Part shown: piece after piece, positions 12,201 to 24,200 of the stretch
Layout of the letters: each line of letters opens with the position of its first letter
How positions within the stretch are numbered: position 1 is the stretch's first letter
Assembly: GCA_905178155.1 (NCBI GenBank)
Contig: CAJINV010000013.1
Coordinates: 114,344-178,343 of the forward strand
Source: Amoebophrya sp. A120
Taxonomy: Eukaryota > Protista > Dinoflagellata
DNA length: 64,000 nucleotides
Direction: 5' to 3'
Notes under the pieces: model-generated
The model's input: the letters and a program-made list of their open reading frames with translations, nothing else
Told to the model about the DNA's origin: nothing
Databases searched by the model: none
Made by a program: the position numbers and the translations under genes

Positions 12201-15200
12201 GCGGGGGTGGTCGGGACAGAGCAAAACCGACGCTCCATCGCCTACCGGTTCCGCTAGTCTTGCGGTTGCCTCTACAGACGTTTTGGTGGGTTCCGGACCA
12301 CAATGCACCTTCCGGGCGGAGTCGGCCGATTTTGCTTCAGAAGACGATGCCGCAGTGGATTCCTGGGGGTCGCGCGCCGAACACTCCGCTTTCCGACCGT
12401 GGCCGTCCATTCGCATCCTGGTAGATGCGCTTCCGGAACGCGTTGTATTTGGGGGAAAAGCGGACCAGAACACGACGCAGCGCGATGTGCAATTTGCGCG
12501 CAGATCGCGCACTCCGTGTTTTGGTCGACGAGACACACAGATATTTCCGATCTGCCGCAGCTTCGCCTGTTTGGCCATGTCAACCGCACTTCCGCCTCCG
12601 TGAATCTGTAGCTCGCGCATTCCGTGTTTTGGTCGACGAGACACACAGATATTTCCAATCTGCCGCAGCTTCGCCTGTTTGGCTATGTCATCCGCACTTC
12701 CGCCTCCGTGGAAGTGTAGTCTTCGAAAAAACGCAGTCTGCCGACGAAAACGAAAAACCCAGCCGGCTTCGCTATACTGATCCCAAAAACGATGCTCCTC
12801 CCAAGGTCGCAGCCCGCCACAGCAGACCGCTCGGCTCCTGGCGGATGCGGATCCCGATGACGCTGGCTTCTGAAGCCCCGGGGCGGGTTGCGGCATTCGA
12901 ACGCCGATAGGTGTGCCTTGATTTGAAGGAAAAACGACAACGGAAAAGAACGAAATCGAGGGACTAGCATCGCAGTTTGAGTGCCGCATTCCCCTGCTTG
13001 TCCCGTTCCTTGTTTGCTGCTGCGGTTTCGGGATTCTGGCCGATTCCGCTCGTGCTGTGCATCGTATGCCATCACTAGGGGGCTCATGGCCTGTTATCTC
13101 CCCGAGCTGTGGACCGTCCCGGCCGCGATTTCCACCGAGAAAATTCGCCGCAGTCCTTAACCCGCCGGGCGGTTTCCGGCTTTTCGTTGTTTTTCTTCCC
13201 CCAGAAAGAGCCAAATCGACCCCGTAGCACCGGCGGGAGTAGTCCCCTATCGCTATGTCATCGCCGTGGCATGCGGGGAACAAGCGGGCAAATTTTTCGT
13301 ACGGTCTTGCGGCGAGCCCCCGGCACCCCGTTTCCACTCGTGTTGTGCTCCGTTTGTCCATGCTGCAGACGTCTGTTTCTCTATCCTTTCCGCTGCGGGA
13401 AAGGGGTACGCGGGTCTTTCGCGAGGAGGAGGTTGTCATGCTCGCCAGGATGTACGATGCAGTCGCAGGGTGCTCCAGCATGAAGACAATGATAGAAGAC
13501 AGCGTCTGGCCACCAAAGACACAACCACGTAGCCGCACACGTTGCGGAGCACTACCAGGCTCTCTCCCACACTCACGTCGAAAAACACTTTGCGAAGCAA
13601 TGCAACTCGTGCAGGAGGCCGCTGGTACCGACGTGGAGCGCAGCAGACTTGTGAGAAGGCCTCCTTCCTGTGGTGCTTGCAATTTGGAACATGAGTTTGG
13701 AACTAGGTAGCTACGACACGACTCGACCGAGAATTTTGTATTTTTATGACTACGCGACAGCAGAACACTTTCATCGCCAAGCCTCTGCGCATTCGGCTGC
13801 CCACTTGTCAATCCGTGCGCATCCGGACCACCATGCCTTTCTTCTGGTTTTATTTGCATTTTTGTACTTTGCGTGATGGGTTGGTCTGGTTTTCCGCCGT
13901 CAAAATAGCTTACTGCGGCCGTGAAGAGTGTTAGAAGAAGAAGAAGAAAACACAGCACGCGCAAGAGCACGTCTTGCTGCCTGCTGTTCCTCGCTGTTGA
14001 TTTGCTGCCCCCACGAATTTCCTGCATCTCAAGTATGCTGCCATCCCATGTCCTGCTGCTGTGGGCGTCGGCGTCTGCGCTGGTTGTTCTTCTTGCTAGT
14101 TGGCTCTTGCTCTCTTTGATGTAAAGCGGAAAGAAGCGATTTTGTTTCCGTAGTTGAAATTTTTTGTAGTCTAGCTCTTGTCTTTCTTGTCGTCGACGTA
14201 ACTCATGTGATAGTTGCAGGTGCGTGCTTGGTGTCAAAATTCGCGCTGGAGTTTCTAGCTCTGGTCGTGTTCCTCTGCATTTCCTCGCTATATTTCTCTG
14301 TACTGGATGTAGTGTCTGGATCTGTTTTGCAAGTCGTTCGAAATCTTGTGTAGCCCCGAAAAAACTGCTGTCATTTTCCCGATGATTTTTACGCGCCTCG
14401 CTCACGCTGTGCTGTCGTTTTTCCGTTTTTTCGAATCCGGTAGTCCTGTTGTGATGTTGTGTTTCGGTTGTGTCGCTAGTTGAAGTGAAAGAAGTCGCAT
14501 TCTCCATTTGTGGTAGTTGTTCTTCGCCTTCCCTAGTCAGAGGGCCACCATCTTCCCATCCAGACGCTGCCCGATCAATGTCCTCCTCGGAGTGTTGGCA
14601 CTTCTGTTCTACCATCGTATCACGTCGCTCATGCATACAAAAATTCTCAGTCAAATCGCAACTACCAGTACCTGTTCCTCCCTTTGTTGCAGCATCATCG
14701 TCTCCAATCGCCAGCATATTCTCCCCATTCGCAATCGCAGCGGGGCCTTGCAAGTCCTTGATTTTTTGCAGGTTCTCCGCGCGCTGTGAATCTACCGTAG
14801 CAACCCTCGTCTTTTCCATTTCCAGCTTGGAAAGCATAGCCTTCTTCTGCTCCTCCGGCATGCCCAGCGCCTGGAATCCCATGAACATGTGCATCAGACT
14901 CGTGTTGCTCTTGGATGTTTCAATGTCCATCTGCTGCCCCTCCGCCATCAAAGACATTTGCGTCTTGAGTTGCCCGATCTGCTTGGTGTTTTCAACCTGA
15001 ACAGCACTGATCTCCTCCTTGATCTCATTCCGCAGCTTGTCGTCGCGCTTATCCAGCATCTCCTCCAGCTGTTTGCGAGTAATGAACTCGTCTGGGCCTT
15101 TCGCATCCAGATTTCTCGGCGCCTGCTGCTGCCCTTTGGTTCTGGGGGAGATCGGGTCCGGTTTCGGGGGAACCGTGGTGAGGGGGTTGAGGCGAATCGC

Positions 15201-18200
15201 CTCTTCTTTGTCCGTTCTCCGAAGGGTCGACACAACGAAACGCAGCTGCGGCGTGCCGTCAGGCTTGTGATCCCAACAAACTTGGCCAATGAAGCAGTCA
15301 CCAATCGCCACCTCATAGTCCGTTACACTTCGAAAGCGCCCTTCAAGCTCCACCGTTTGCCCGAACGCTTGATGCGCCGCGCCTTGGCTTGCTGTCATTG
15401 GATCATGGTCAAAAGAGGCTGGGGTCTCCAGTCCCATGATACAGGTGCGCACTCCTTGGATTTTCAGCTTTAGCAGATGATATCCCGGCGGTAACATGTA
15501 CATGCCTTCACTGGCCACCAGGAAGTACTCCACCTTTACCCCGGCCGTTACCTTCGAGTAGTCAATTCCGCCCTGCTGATTCACGTAGTCATTGTGCACC
15601 ATGAAGCCTAGATCCTCCTTCACATAGGATTGCCCCGTGGGAGTGCGGTGCACTCCATCCACATCAAACCTAACCTTCGGATAGAAGGTCTTGAAAATCT
15701 TGGTCGGCGTTTCCTCATTCTTATCCCAAACATCCAAGACCAAAGACAGCACGTGTTGCTTCATGCGTTCCATCCCCATGTTCATGAGCATCGCGCCCTC
15801 GGTGGAGTCCTTCACAAGCTTCGGCAGCGTGACATTGCAGAAGTCATAGGCCTCGAACCAAGTCATCCACTTTTCATCCTCTACCACATGCGCCATGAAG
15901 TTGTTGAAGTCGAACTTGCCCTCGTGCATGTCCGTGTCGAATTGGTCCGCCTCGATCATCGTGCAGACGCGCTCCGTGACCGCTTTCGCAGACCGGATCT
16001 GCTGCATATCTCGCTTCCCCATGCGAAAGACATTTTCCGCGTATAGTTCCTCCATGGAGCAATGGTCACGCCCATTACTAGATGCGTACTGCTGCTGGTT
16101 CGGCGTTTTGTCTTCGCATTTGCTGTCATCCACGAGCGTAGGCTTTTTGTCCTCAGCCGAACCGTCGCCCAGCAGTCCTTCTGGGATCGGAGGAATCTCG
16201 CCCGGGGGGTCGACGTTCGGATTCGTTTCGTCTTTCATCTCGGCGCCATCAGCTCCCGCATCTTCGCCTGCATTTGCAGCAGCCTTTTGCGCCGCAACCC
16301 GCTCGGCCTCGAACGTTTTCGCGTCCGTATTCAAGATGTCCAAATCGTACATCAGGCGCAGCTGCTTCACAAAGTTTGCTGCTTCCCCGTTAGTGACTTC
16401 CTTTTTCTTCTGAATTTCGCCGGCGGTGATTTTGCCAACAATGTGGTCGCGCAGCTCCAGGACCGCTTTGTTATCATCCACCTCGTTCTTCTTTTGCATG
16501 TGCATCATGCCCATCAAATCCACAGCAGCCTGCTCGCTATTCTGGGTGAAGTTGTACAGCGTGGAGGATGTTAGGTGCCTAACTGTTTGCGTGGCATCTC
16601 CCGGTCCCAGCGGCTCGCTGCGTTCTACTGCGAAAGACGACGTTTTTGTTTTGGTTGCTTTTATGACTCTGTTCTGAAGTTGGCGAGGTTCGAAATCAAG
16701 TCAAGAGGGTAAATAGACAAATAAAAATCCGAAAGGGAATATTGCGGGCGTATCACTGTTTTTTCGGTTAAAGAGTTTTTTTTTTTCTGGTGTTAGTGCT
16801 TAATAAAACAAGTCAGGACCAGGAATTTTTTTTTTTTGTTTTTTTGCTTTTCGATCTTTCTCGTGCTTTTTCAATCTACGGAAAAAAAATTTTTTTTGTG
16901 TCGTCTGTAATGTCGCTACTTGGTCGGGCATCTAAGCTATTGCAATCTAATAAATCTCTGTGTCTTAACAACTCCACGGAGGAGCAACCTGTAGACCTGC
17001 ATTAACGCTCGTGTTAGAGAGAGTGGCGGTCATCACTCAATCTTGAGTCAAAGTAGACTTTAACATTTATACAAATTTTCACGGGGGGAAATATGGCTTT
17101 CTAGTTCCGCCAGAGAGGCAAGGGGTGCGACAGGCTGTGTCGCGAGTTGAAAAATGCATGCACCTCAACGCTTTTGTTGATGCAGGTTCTTCACGTTGCT
17201 GCAGCCCGACCCTTGGCAGGGAAGATACTTCCATCATGATAATGATTCAAGTGATAGAGCCGCATATATGGAGCCACGTTTTTGTTGTTCGGATCGTCAC
17301 CTTGCCTGACCTGCGAAATCTGCTCATCTGTAAGCTTCTTTCCCGGCAGGTGGCTCTTAGCGTGCCACTCGAAGTCGCGGACGCTCTTGCGTAGCACCTC
17401 CTCCAGCTTCTGTGTGAGAAAGTCTGTCCAATCCTTGTACAAACGCTCCCCCGTTTCCGGATCCCGGCGGTTTTCGATCGCTTGGGACTCGTTAACGAAG
17501 ACGTTCTGCGCCTTTAGCTCGTCCTTGTATGTTTCCCAAGTCTTTATCGTGTGGAGCTGTGGCGGCACTTCGAAAGTTAAAAGCTCTCCGTCCACCTCGA
17601 ACTGCTTGAGATGTTGCTTTTGCGCCTTCATAATTAGCCACACGGAAGCAACGAAGTTGTGTAGATGGTGAGCACCCAGCAACGGGGTTGACAGCAATGC
17701 TTGTGACGCCTTCCCGTCAACCATGAGAGAGTCGCTCTCATCAATAATGGCAATGTCGTATGGCCGCGTGTCGCGATCCCGCGCCTCATCTTGTTCTCGA
17801 GAGAATCGGTGTCGCAGGTCAGCCCACTGGAAAAGACTGGGAGAACCATACACCACGTCGCTGCCTGCAAATCTAGTGTTCGTCCCAGTCGAGCGCACCT
17901 TCTTGTTCGGAGTCCGAATGTAATCTGACCCAATACGGCATTGCGCGAAAAAAAACAAGGCAGGTTGAGTATGAAAAGAAAAGAGAGAAAAGTCTGAGTC
18001 CGACTAGTATCTATGAGACTCATGATGTAGAATTACAGTTGTTGTTCAACATTGCCTGCGTCTTCATCTTCCTTTGACGCAGAATGATTTCCATGAGCGT
18101 AACAGCAGCATGTACTGCGCTGCAAAGTCATGGTTGCTGGCGGCAACGGCACATATTGCGTCATCTTTCCTGGCAATTGTGTTGCGCATCTTGGTTCTCA

Positions 18201-21200
18201 TTTTGACTTTGACTGACGTTTTTCTTTCTTCGGATAGAAACGCCTGGACTATATCTATCGAATTGTGCCGATCAAATTTTGTTTTCATATGTTCATCATG
18301 GCTACTGATGTGCTATATTGCAATTATCTCGTGGGTATTAATGCTATACTAAGTATGTAGAAACGGCGCATGACAAAACCAATGCGTGTCTGCTTGTTTT
18401 TGCTCATCGTACGCCGAATCGGCGAAAAAATGGGCTCAGCTTCCCTGCTTGGGGCTTGGCGAGTTCCGACGAGGATGTGATAATGTCGACTTTTTTTCCG
18501 TGCAGAGACAAAGCAGCAGCGAGGACGCCGACGACGGCTGTCTTGCCTTCACCCGTTGGAACCTGTCCGAGTCTGCCTTTCGTTCCGGATTTGTACGCGT
18601 CAAGCTGGGTGATCACAGCAAACATTTGTGTAGCGCGTAGTTCTTCGTGGAAAGTCTTGTGCCAGCCAGACTTTAGCACAGCGAGAACCTCGACCATGTC
18701 CACTTCCTCTCCAGCAGCAAACTTGCTGCGCACGGTGTCTGCCCAAGTTTTCCAGTCAAGGGAATCGGCAACGGGGAATCTCGCAATCTCGTCGTGCTTA
18801 GCCGGCAGGTTCACTCCTGCAGATTTCAAAAATTCCGAGTTGGTGCTGCCCGCTCGCGTCCGTGCCTCGTTTTCGATGTGCCCAGCGACAGCTCCGGGAG
18901 AAAGTTCTGTGCTTCCGGGGAAAAGAATGGCCACAAATTTCGAATGGAGGACTGTGCTCCACTTCGCAGGTTCGGTCACTTTCAAGAACTCTGTGATGGT
19001 CGCATGCACGCTGCGAACACTAACCAGGGAGGCATTTTTGCTGTCATCGCGCTCCTGGCCAAGCATGCCAGTTCCGAGAGGCCGCCAATCCTCTGCCATT
19101 TGGTAATCATTCAAGAGTTCTAGCACCCCTCGAACCTCTGGAAACGCCGCCACTGAGTCCCGCAAGCGCTTGATCACGGCCACGACCTCCTGCGAACGCC
19201 AGGCGCCAGTAAGTTCGTATGTGAGACTGTCGAGTGCCTTGCGCTCTTTTTCATCATAGCGCAGATTCCATCCTTCTAGGGCCGGTTCAAGGACCAGCTT
19301 GATCAGCTTTTGGCTGCAGTTTCTCAGCGAGATTGGCGCCCCTCTTGACACAGCGGATGCGTATCGAAATGGAAAAACATAGCTTCGCACCCGGCACACC
19401 GCAGTACCTAAAGGCGAGCTCAGCAAGCACACAAGGAAGATCAGTGCTGGGCATCCGTTCCGACTCCGTCCCGGTGCGAAGAGATTGCGTTTTATCTTGC
19501 GTGTCCGTACAGCTATATTTTGGAAGCACGCTATTCATAGTCACAACAACGGAGGGGGAGGGTCTCTCATCGCGTGAGAGACATCAATGCATACATAGTG
19601 AACATACAAATTCTTTTTCTTGGGCATTCAGGACTACATTGCGATGCGCATTTCAATGCAAATTGCATGACAAGCAGGCACGTAAATCTGCAGTGAGAGC
19701 GTGCGGGTGCGAATAATCGTGATTGGCTTTGAGATACTTCGCATCTTCTAATTTTTGCCAGAACCTTAGCGGGTGTAAGAATTTCTGTATGCGCAGCGAG
19801 GATCTCAAAAAACTGCGCTACTTCTTCTACCGCGAACGGGGAGACTGCTAGGGAAACGACAAGTTCTATGCTGGATAAATTGCCGTAGGTATAGTCGTCG
19901 GCGGAAGAAGTAGACTGCTGAATGGTATTCGTGCGGTTTCGAATATGCTTGTCAATGCCAGCGATATCGGACGGCCGAGGATTCGCGTGCCGCAGCTGGT
20001 CCGCAAGCCATATCACCTGAAGCTCCGCAGTAAGTGCCTGAACGCCGTCCTGCGGCATGCCATCGGATAACAAAGTGAAAGCCTGTTCAAAAGCGCCAGC
20101 ATGGCGTGACACTTGGAGCAGCCGGAATAGATCTGCCACGTCGTGAAAGCCGACATATTCTGATTGTGCGCCAGGTAGAGAGCCAGCACAAGCACCCATT
20201 GCAGTAGCAGAATTTTGCGTGCCGCTCGACGAAAGGCCATGGGGCGCAGCGGCAGGTGAAGGTCGCATATTCGGAGCGGGGCTAGTGCTTTGAGGCTGTG
20301 AGAGTGGATCTCTTTTTGAAGAGTCAGTATTGGTAGCTTCCTCACCCTTCTCTTTTGCGACAGAGGCTTCCTTCAGTACCTGCAGATTTTTTGGAGCGTT
20401 TGCCCAAACCAGCGTTGCTGCAAGCACCCCCTCCAGTTTTGATACGGCACAGGCAGCCCTGTCGCGTGCCACAACGCAAATTTCATCCCTAACGTGGGTC
20501 TGCAGGTGGGACCACGCAGAATTAGCTTCAGGAAAGCCGCTGCCCTCCATCTTCGTACTGTCGAGCTTGTGTGTGTGCACAATCGTTGTGCTGAGCTCCG
20601 AAAACATGTACTCTAGACCCAGCTGCTGTGTGGGCTCCGGCATCGTACTGGGCGCACCCAAAAATCTCGTCTGCAGGTAGTCAGCCGAGGGCGCTGGAAG
20701 CCCTCCCATGAGCGTTGTGAGAACCTGTGTTAGGAGCTTCCACATCCACCAAACTTGTCCACGAACGGCAGGCTTCTCATTTGAGTGCGAGCTCTTCTGA
20801 TCCTCCGACACCGAGACAGACTCGCCTTCCGTTACTGAAGCCGCTTCCGGAAGCAATACCAGGGAATGTAGTGCAAGAGGCAGCATCGAAGTTCAAGTGT
20901 GATGTTTCTCCAGCAGCCTAAAAGTTTTATATACGAATATACATACTTAGCCAGCACAACAACAAAGGAAGAAGCATTCCGCTGCACCAGAGTTTTTTGT
21001 TAGGCAATCTACATGAACAGCATCTCCTGGTAGCGGCTCAGGCCTCACCGACGCAACTCCTTTCTCGGGGTTTCCTTTTGCAGCATCATGCATTACCGTG
21101 GGTTCCGGACAGCTACTGGCTGTACCTACACGATGCAACATCTACCTCGACTTTAAGATCATTGAAGCTCAGTCCGTCGGAGCACCTTTGCATCTTCCGT

Positions 21201-24200
21201 TCGTCTTTTTGGTGTGTATTATTTGTCAGTACTAGTAGTTACTATAGCTTAGTGGGAAACATCAAGACGCCACTCACATGCGATATTTCGAGGCTGTGGC
21301 TTCGGCGCAGCCTCACCGTCAGAACTATTATTTTGCGGTTTAGGCGTAGGCTGAGCCGGGTCTCCGCCATCCGTCGTTGCTGCAGGTTGTACTACAAGTT
21401 CTCGGTCTTCCTTGAAGAAGTGAAATTCTAGCACAGGCTCATCACTGTCGCTACCAGAGGGCAAGGCGTTCTGCGTATTTTGGGGCGCTCGCTGCTTCCA
21501 GATGCTATCAATTTTCCATCGATCCGCGGCCGTTTCACCGCCGCCTGGCGCCCATACAACAAGCTCCAAAACTGGGAGGTTGCGAGTCAGCAGGTCCAGA
21601 AAGGCTGAAAATTCGATATTCTCTTGCATGGCATCAAGCTCTTCTAGATTCAGTGATTTTTCTATGCGAGTAAATGACGCAGACGAAACGAGCGGGAGAT
21701 CCTCACTGTGCAAGGTCGTGCTAGCAGTGTTGTTGTTTTTATGTGAAAAGCAACTCAGCGTCAGCCCTTTGTTCGCATCTTTTAGCCGCGTGCGAATGAC
21801 TGCCTGAAGTGCGCAGAAATCGAAATATCAGACATGTGCTTTTCTACAAGGTGTCAGTGTATGACGGATCATTCGTATGCTTCTTTCAAAAAGACGGGCT
21901 TCTTGCACTGCCCTGCTGTCGTGTGCTCTTCAACTACTTGTTCCACAGTCTGTCTGCAGATACCTTCTTCATTCTGATATCTGAATTTTGAACCGGAGGA
22001 TCGGCGGTTTTCACCCAAGACACAAACTCTGCTGCAAGCCATTGCTTCACCGCGAAGCGGCTCTGCATGTCCACTCGTGACGTCTTGCAAAACTCCAAAA
22101 AGCGCTTTTCTGCGGAATTGCGGTGGAGTTCCTCAGTATTAAGAATAGACGCCCATCTTCGCATAAATTGATCCGCGACCGCTGCGACGGTGTTTTCAGT
22201 TCCTACGATCGGTTGCCGAAAAATCGCAAAATCAGTAGAGGAGCGAATGGTGCCAACATCGTGTGTTGCAGGAAGAACGGGTCGCGAATTCAGAGCAGCT
22301 TGGTTCCACGAACTGGACAGTCGATCCCACAATTCGGAAAAGTTTGCCTCTACGAAACTTGGTGTCGTCGAACTACCGGCCGTCGTGGCCGCACACGTAG
22401 TCGTAGTGGTTCCTGTTCTAGTTTCAAATTTGAATTTTTGCAGCCACGATTTCAACTCGGTCCCCGAAATGCGGTTCTCTTTAGCTTCGTGCTCGAGTGC
22501 AAACAAAGCTTCGAGGCGAATACGCGCTGAGTTATTATCGGCATCGCCACACACCTGCTTCAAAGTCGCGATTGCGTGTGGCCCTTCCCGCAGGCGTTTG
22601 TAGGCTGCATCTCCGCTTGAGACATGCTTACGAACCTGGTCTTTGAGAATCTTGACAAGCTTTGCTCGCGTATCCTGAAACAAGGCCGGCAAGTAGGCAG
22701 TGGGCAGCATTTCCTCGTCACCTTGAAAATTTGAAGAGACCAGCAACTCGAGGAGGCGGCTAGACTCTTTTTGGGGGCGTGCCCTGTTCGACTCTCCAGC
22801 GGCGAGATGGGCAACCGATCTCGACGGTCGTGTGTCCTCTACAAAGGAAGCAAAGTGCCGATCTGTGAACAAGCCGTCGAAAGTGAGCAGGGTCGCTATG
22901 TGCCCGATTGCAGTTTTCTCCAGGAGCAGGAAATCGAGCGGGCTTCCACGTACCAGATTAACATTTGCAGGAGGATTGGTTCCACTTGTGGTAGACGTCC
23001 CTGTCCCCCCGTCGGCGTTGCGCGTGCAACTTCCCTGCGACGTGGTATTCACAATTTAGTCTTTATCTGCCCGCAACATGGCAAGTCGGAAGTGGTTTTC
23101 AACCAGAACTTCGTCAATAGACTCCGAAAATTCCTGCACAGCGGAGATCCACACGATCAAATACGAAGTTGAAATGAGGGATGTTCTATAATCTGCGACA
23201 GATCGCGCAACGCTCCCAAAGAAGTCCCACACGAAGGTCCACAATTTGCGGGCCTCATCCAAAACAGACTCTACCGGGAGTGCAGTGAGGAGTACGAGAG
23301 CGATCTGCAGCTGCTGCTGGATCGACTGGCCGAGCAAATCGTGCGACTGCGAATCGACGGACGGCACCAGCAACCCAACCTTCTTCTACTTCTCCTGCAT
23401 CAAGTAAGTTTCCAAACTGAAAACCCATCGTGTCGATCCACTGAGGTCCTGATGAACTTCTACGTTGTCCGCAGTCCGCTTTTGCCCGCGCCCCGAGACG
23501 CGCGCTGTCATCTCTGCGATCAGATTCTGAAATACTTTCGCCACAGGCCCATCTGCGATTTTTATCGAGGGGAAGAAAGGAAACTCGCCCAACACTGTTT
23601 GGGTGCCATCGCTTGGTGGAGTCACATGCAGTTCGTACTAGCAGCTGCGGCACTCACAATGGTTGCTGATCTTTACTTAGAGCCGCGCTCTTGATACCTA
23701 AACAATCAATAGCAATCTGGAAGAGGTGGATGAGTGCCACCACGCACCTCTGATAGCGCGAAGTCGCCTGAGGTTGAGTTTCACTTTTCACCTTTGTCGA
23801 TCAGGATGATGGCACAATTAAAGAGCATGGGAAAATAATGGCGCAGAGTCATCGTCATCTACTAGTTCATGTTGATGAACTACTTAGTTTGATGCTCTTG
23901 CCCGCTGGTCTAGCGCGAATGCAGAGGTCGAGTAAGAAGATGGCTACCACGACTGCTATGCTCACACACAAGCGCAAAGATGCGTATTGAAGTGTGACGA
24001 CAATCATCCTACAGAGTCCAAGCGATTGCCAAGCAGAGGGTGCCTTGACTTTGAGTGAGAAAGTGTCACATCTTGCATAAGTTTCAATGTAAATTTGTCA
24101 CCAGCTGCAAGAGCAAAGCCAAAGGCTTCGCCTCTGCGGAGGATTGTGGATGTGGGCTCCGGCGCAGCTTTTGTCGGTGCCGCACGATGCTCAAGGTGGC

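Larger units (their letters stand above)
6004..17064 (-). mobile_element. Non-LTR retrotransposon (APE-RT, RTE-like) inside an intron of the SecA-like gene
   Basis: APE and RT domains; (TAAC)n 3' tail at ~6002-6017. Candidate 7-bp TSD ATTTATA (5997-6003, 17065-17071) is tentative, so the 5' end is uncertain. Confidence 0.85.

Noticed and set aside
3315-19315. Bacterial or plastid secA, or contamination
   Set aside because: Split by introns and a LINE and has a non-SecA C-terminus; gene symbol withheld.
20887-21200. Alternative frame readable if all stops are recoded as Gln/Trp
   Set aside because: Stop density is at or above random, and another frame is open for 64 codons.
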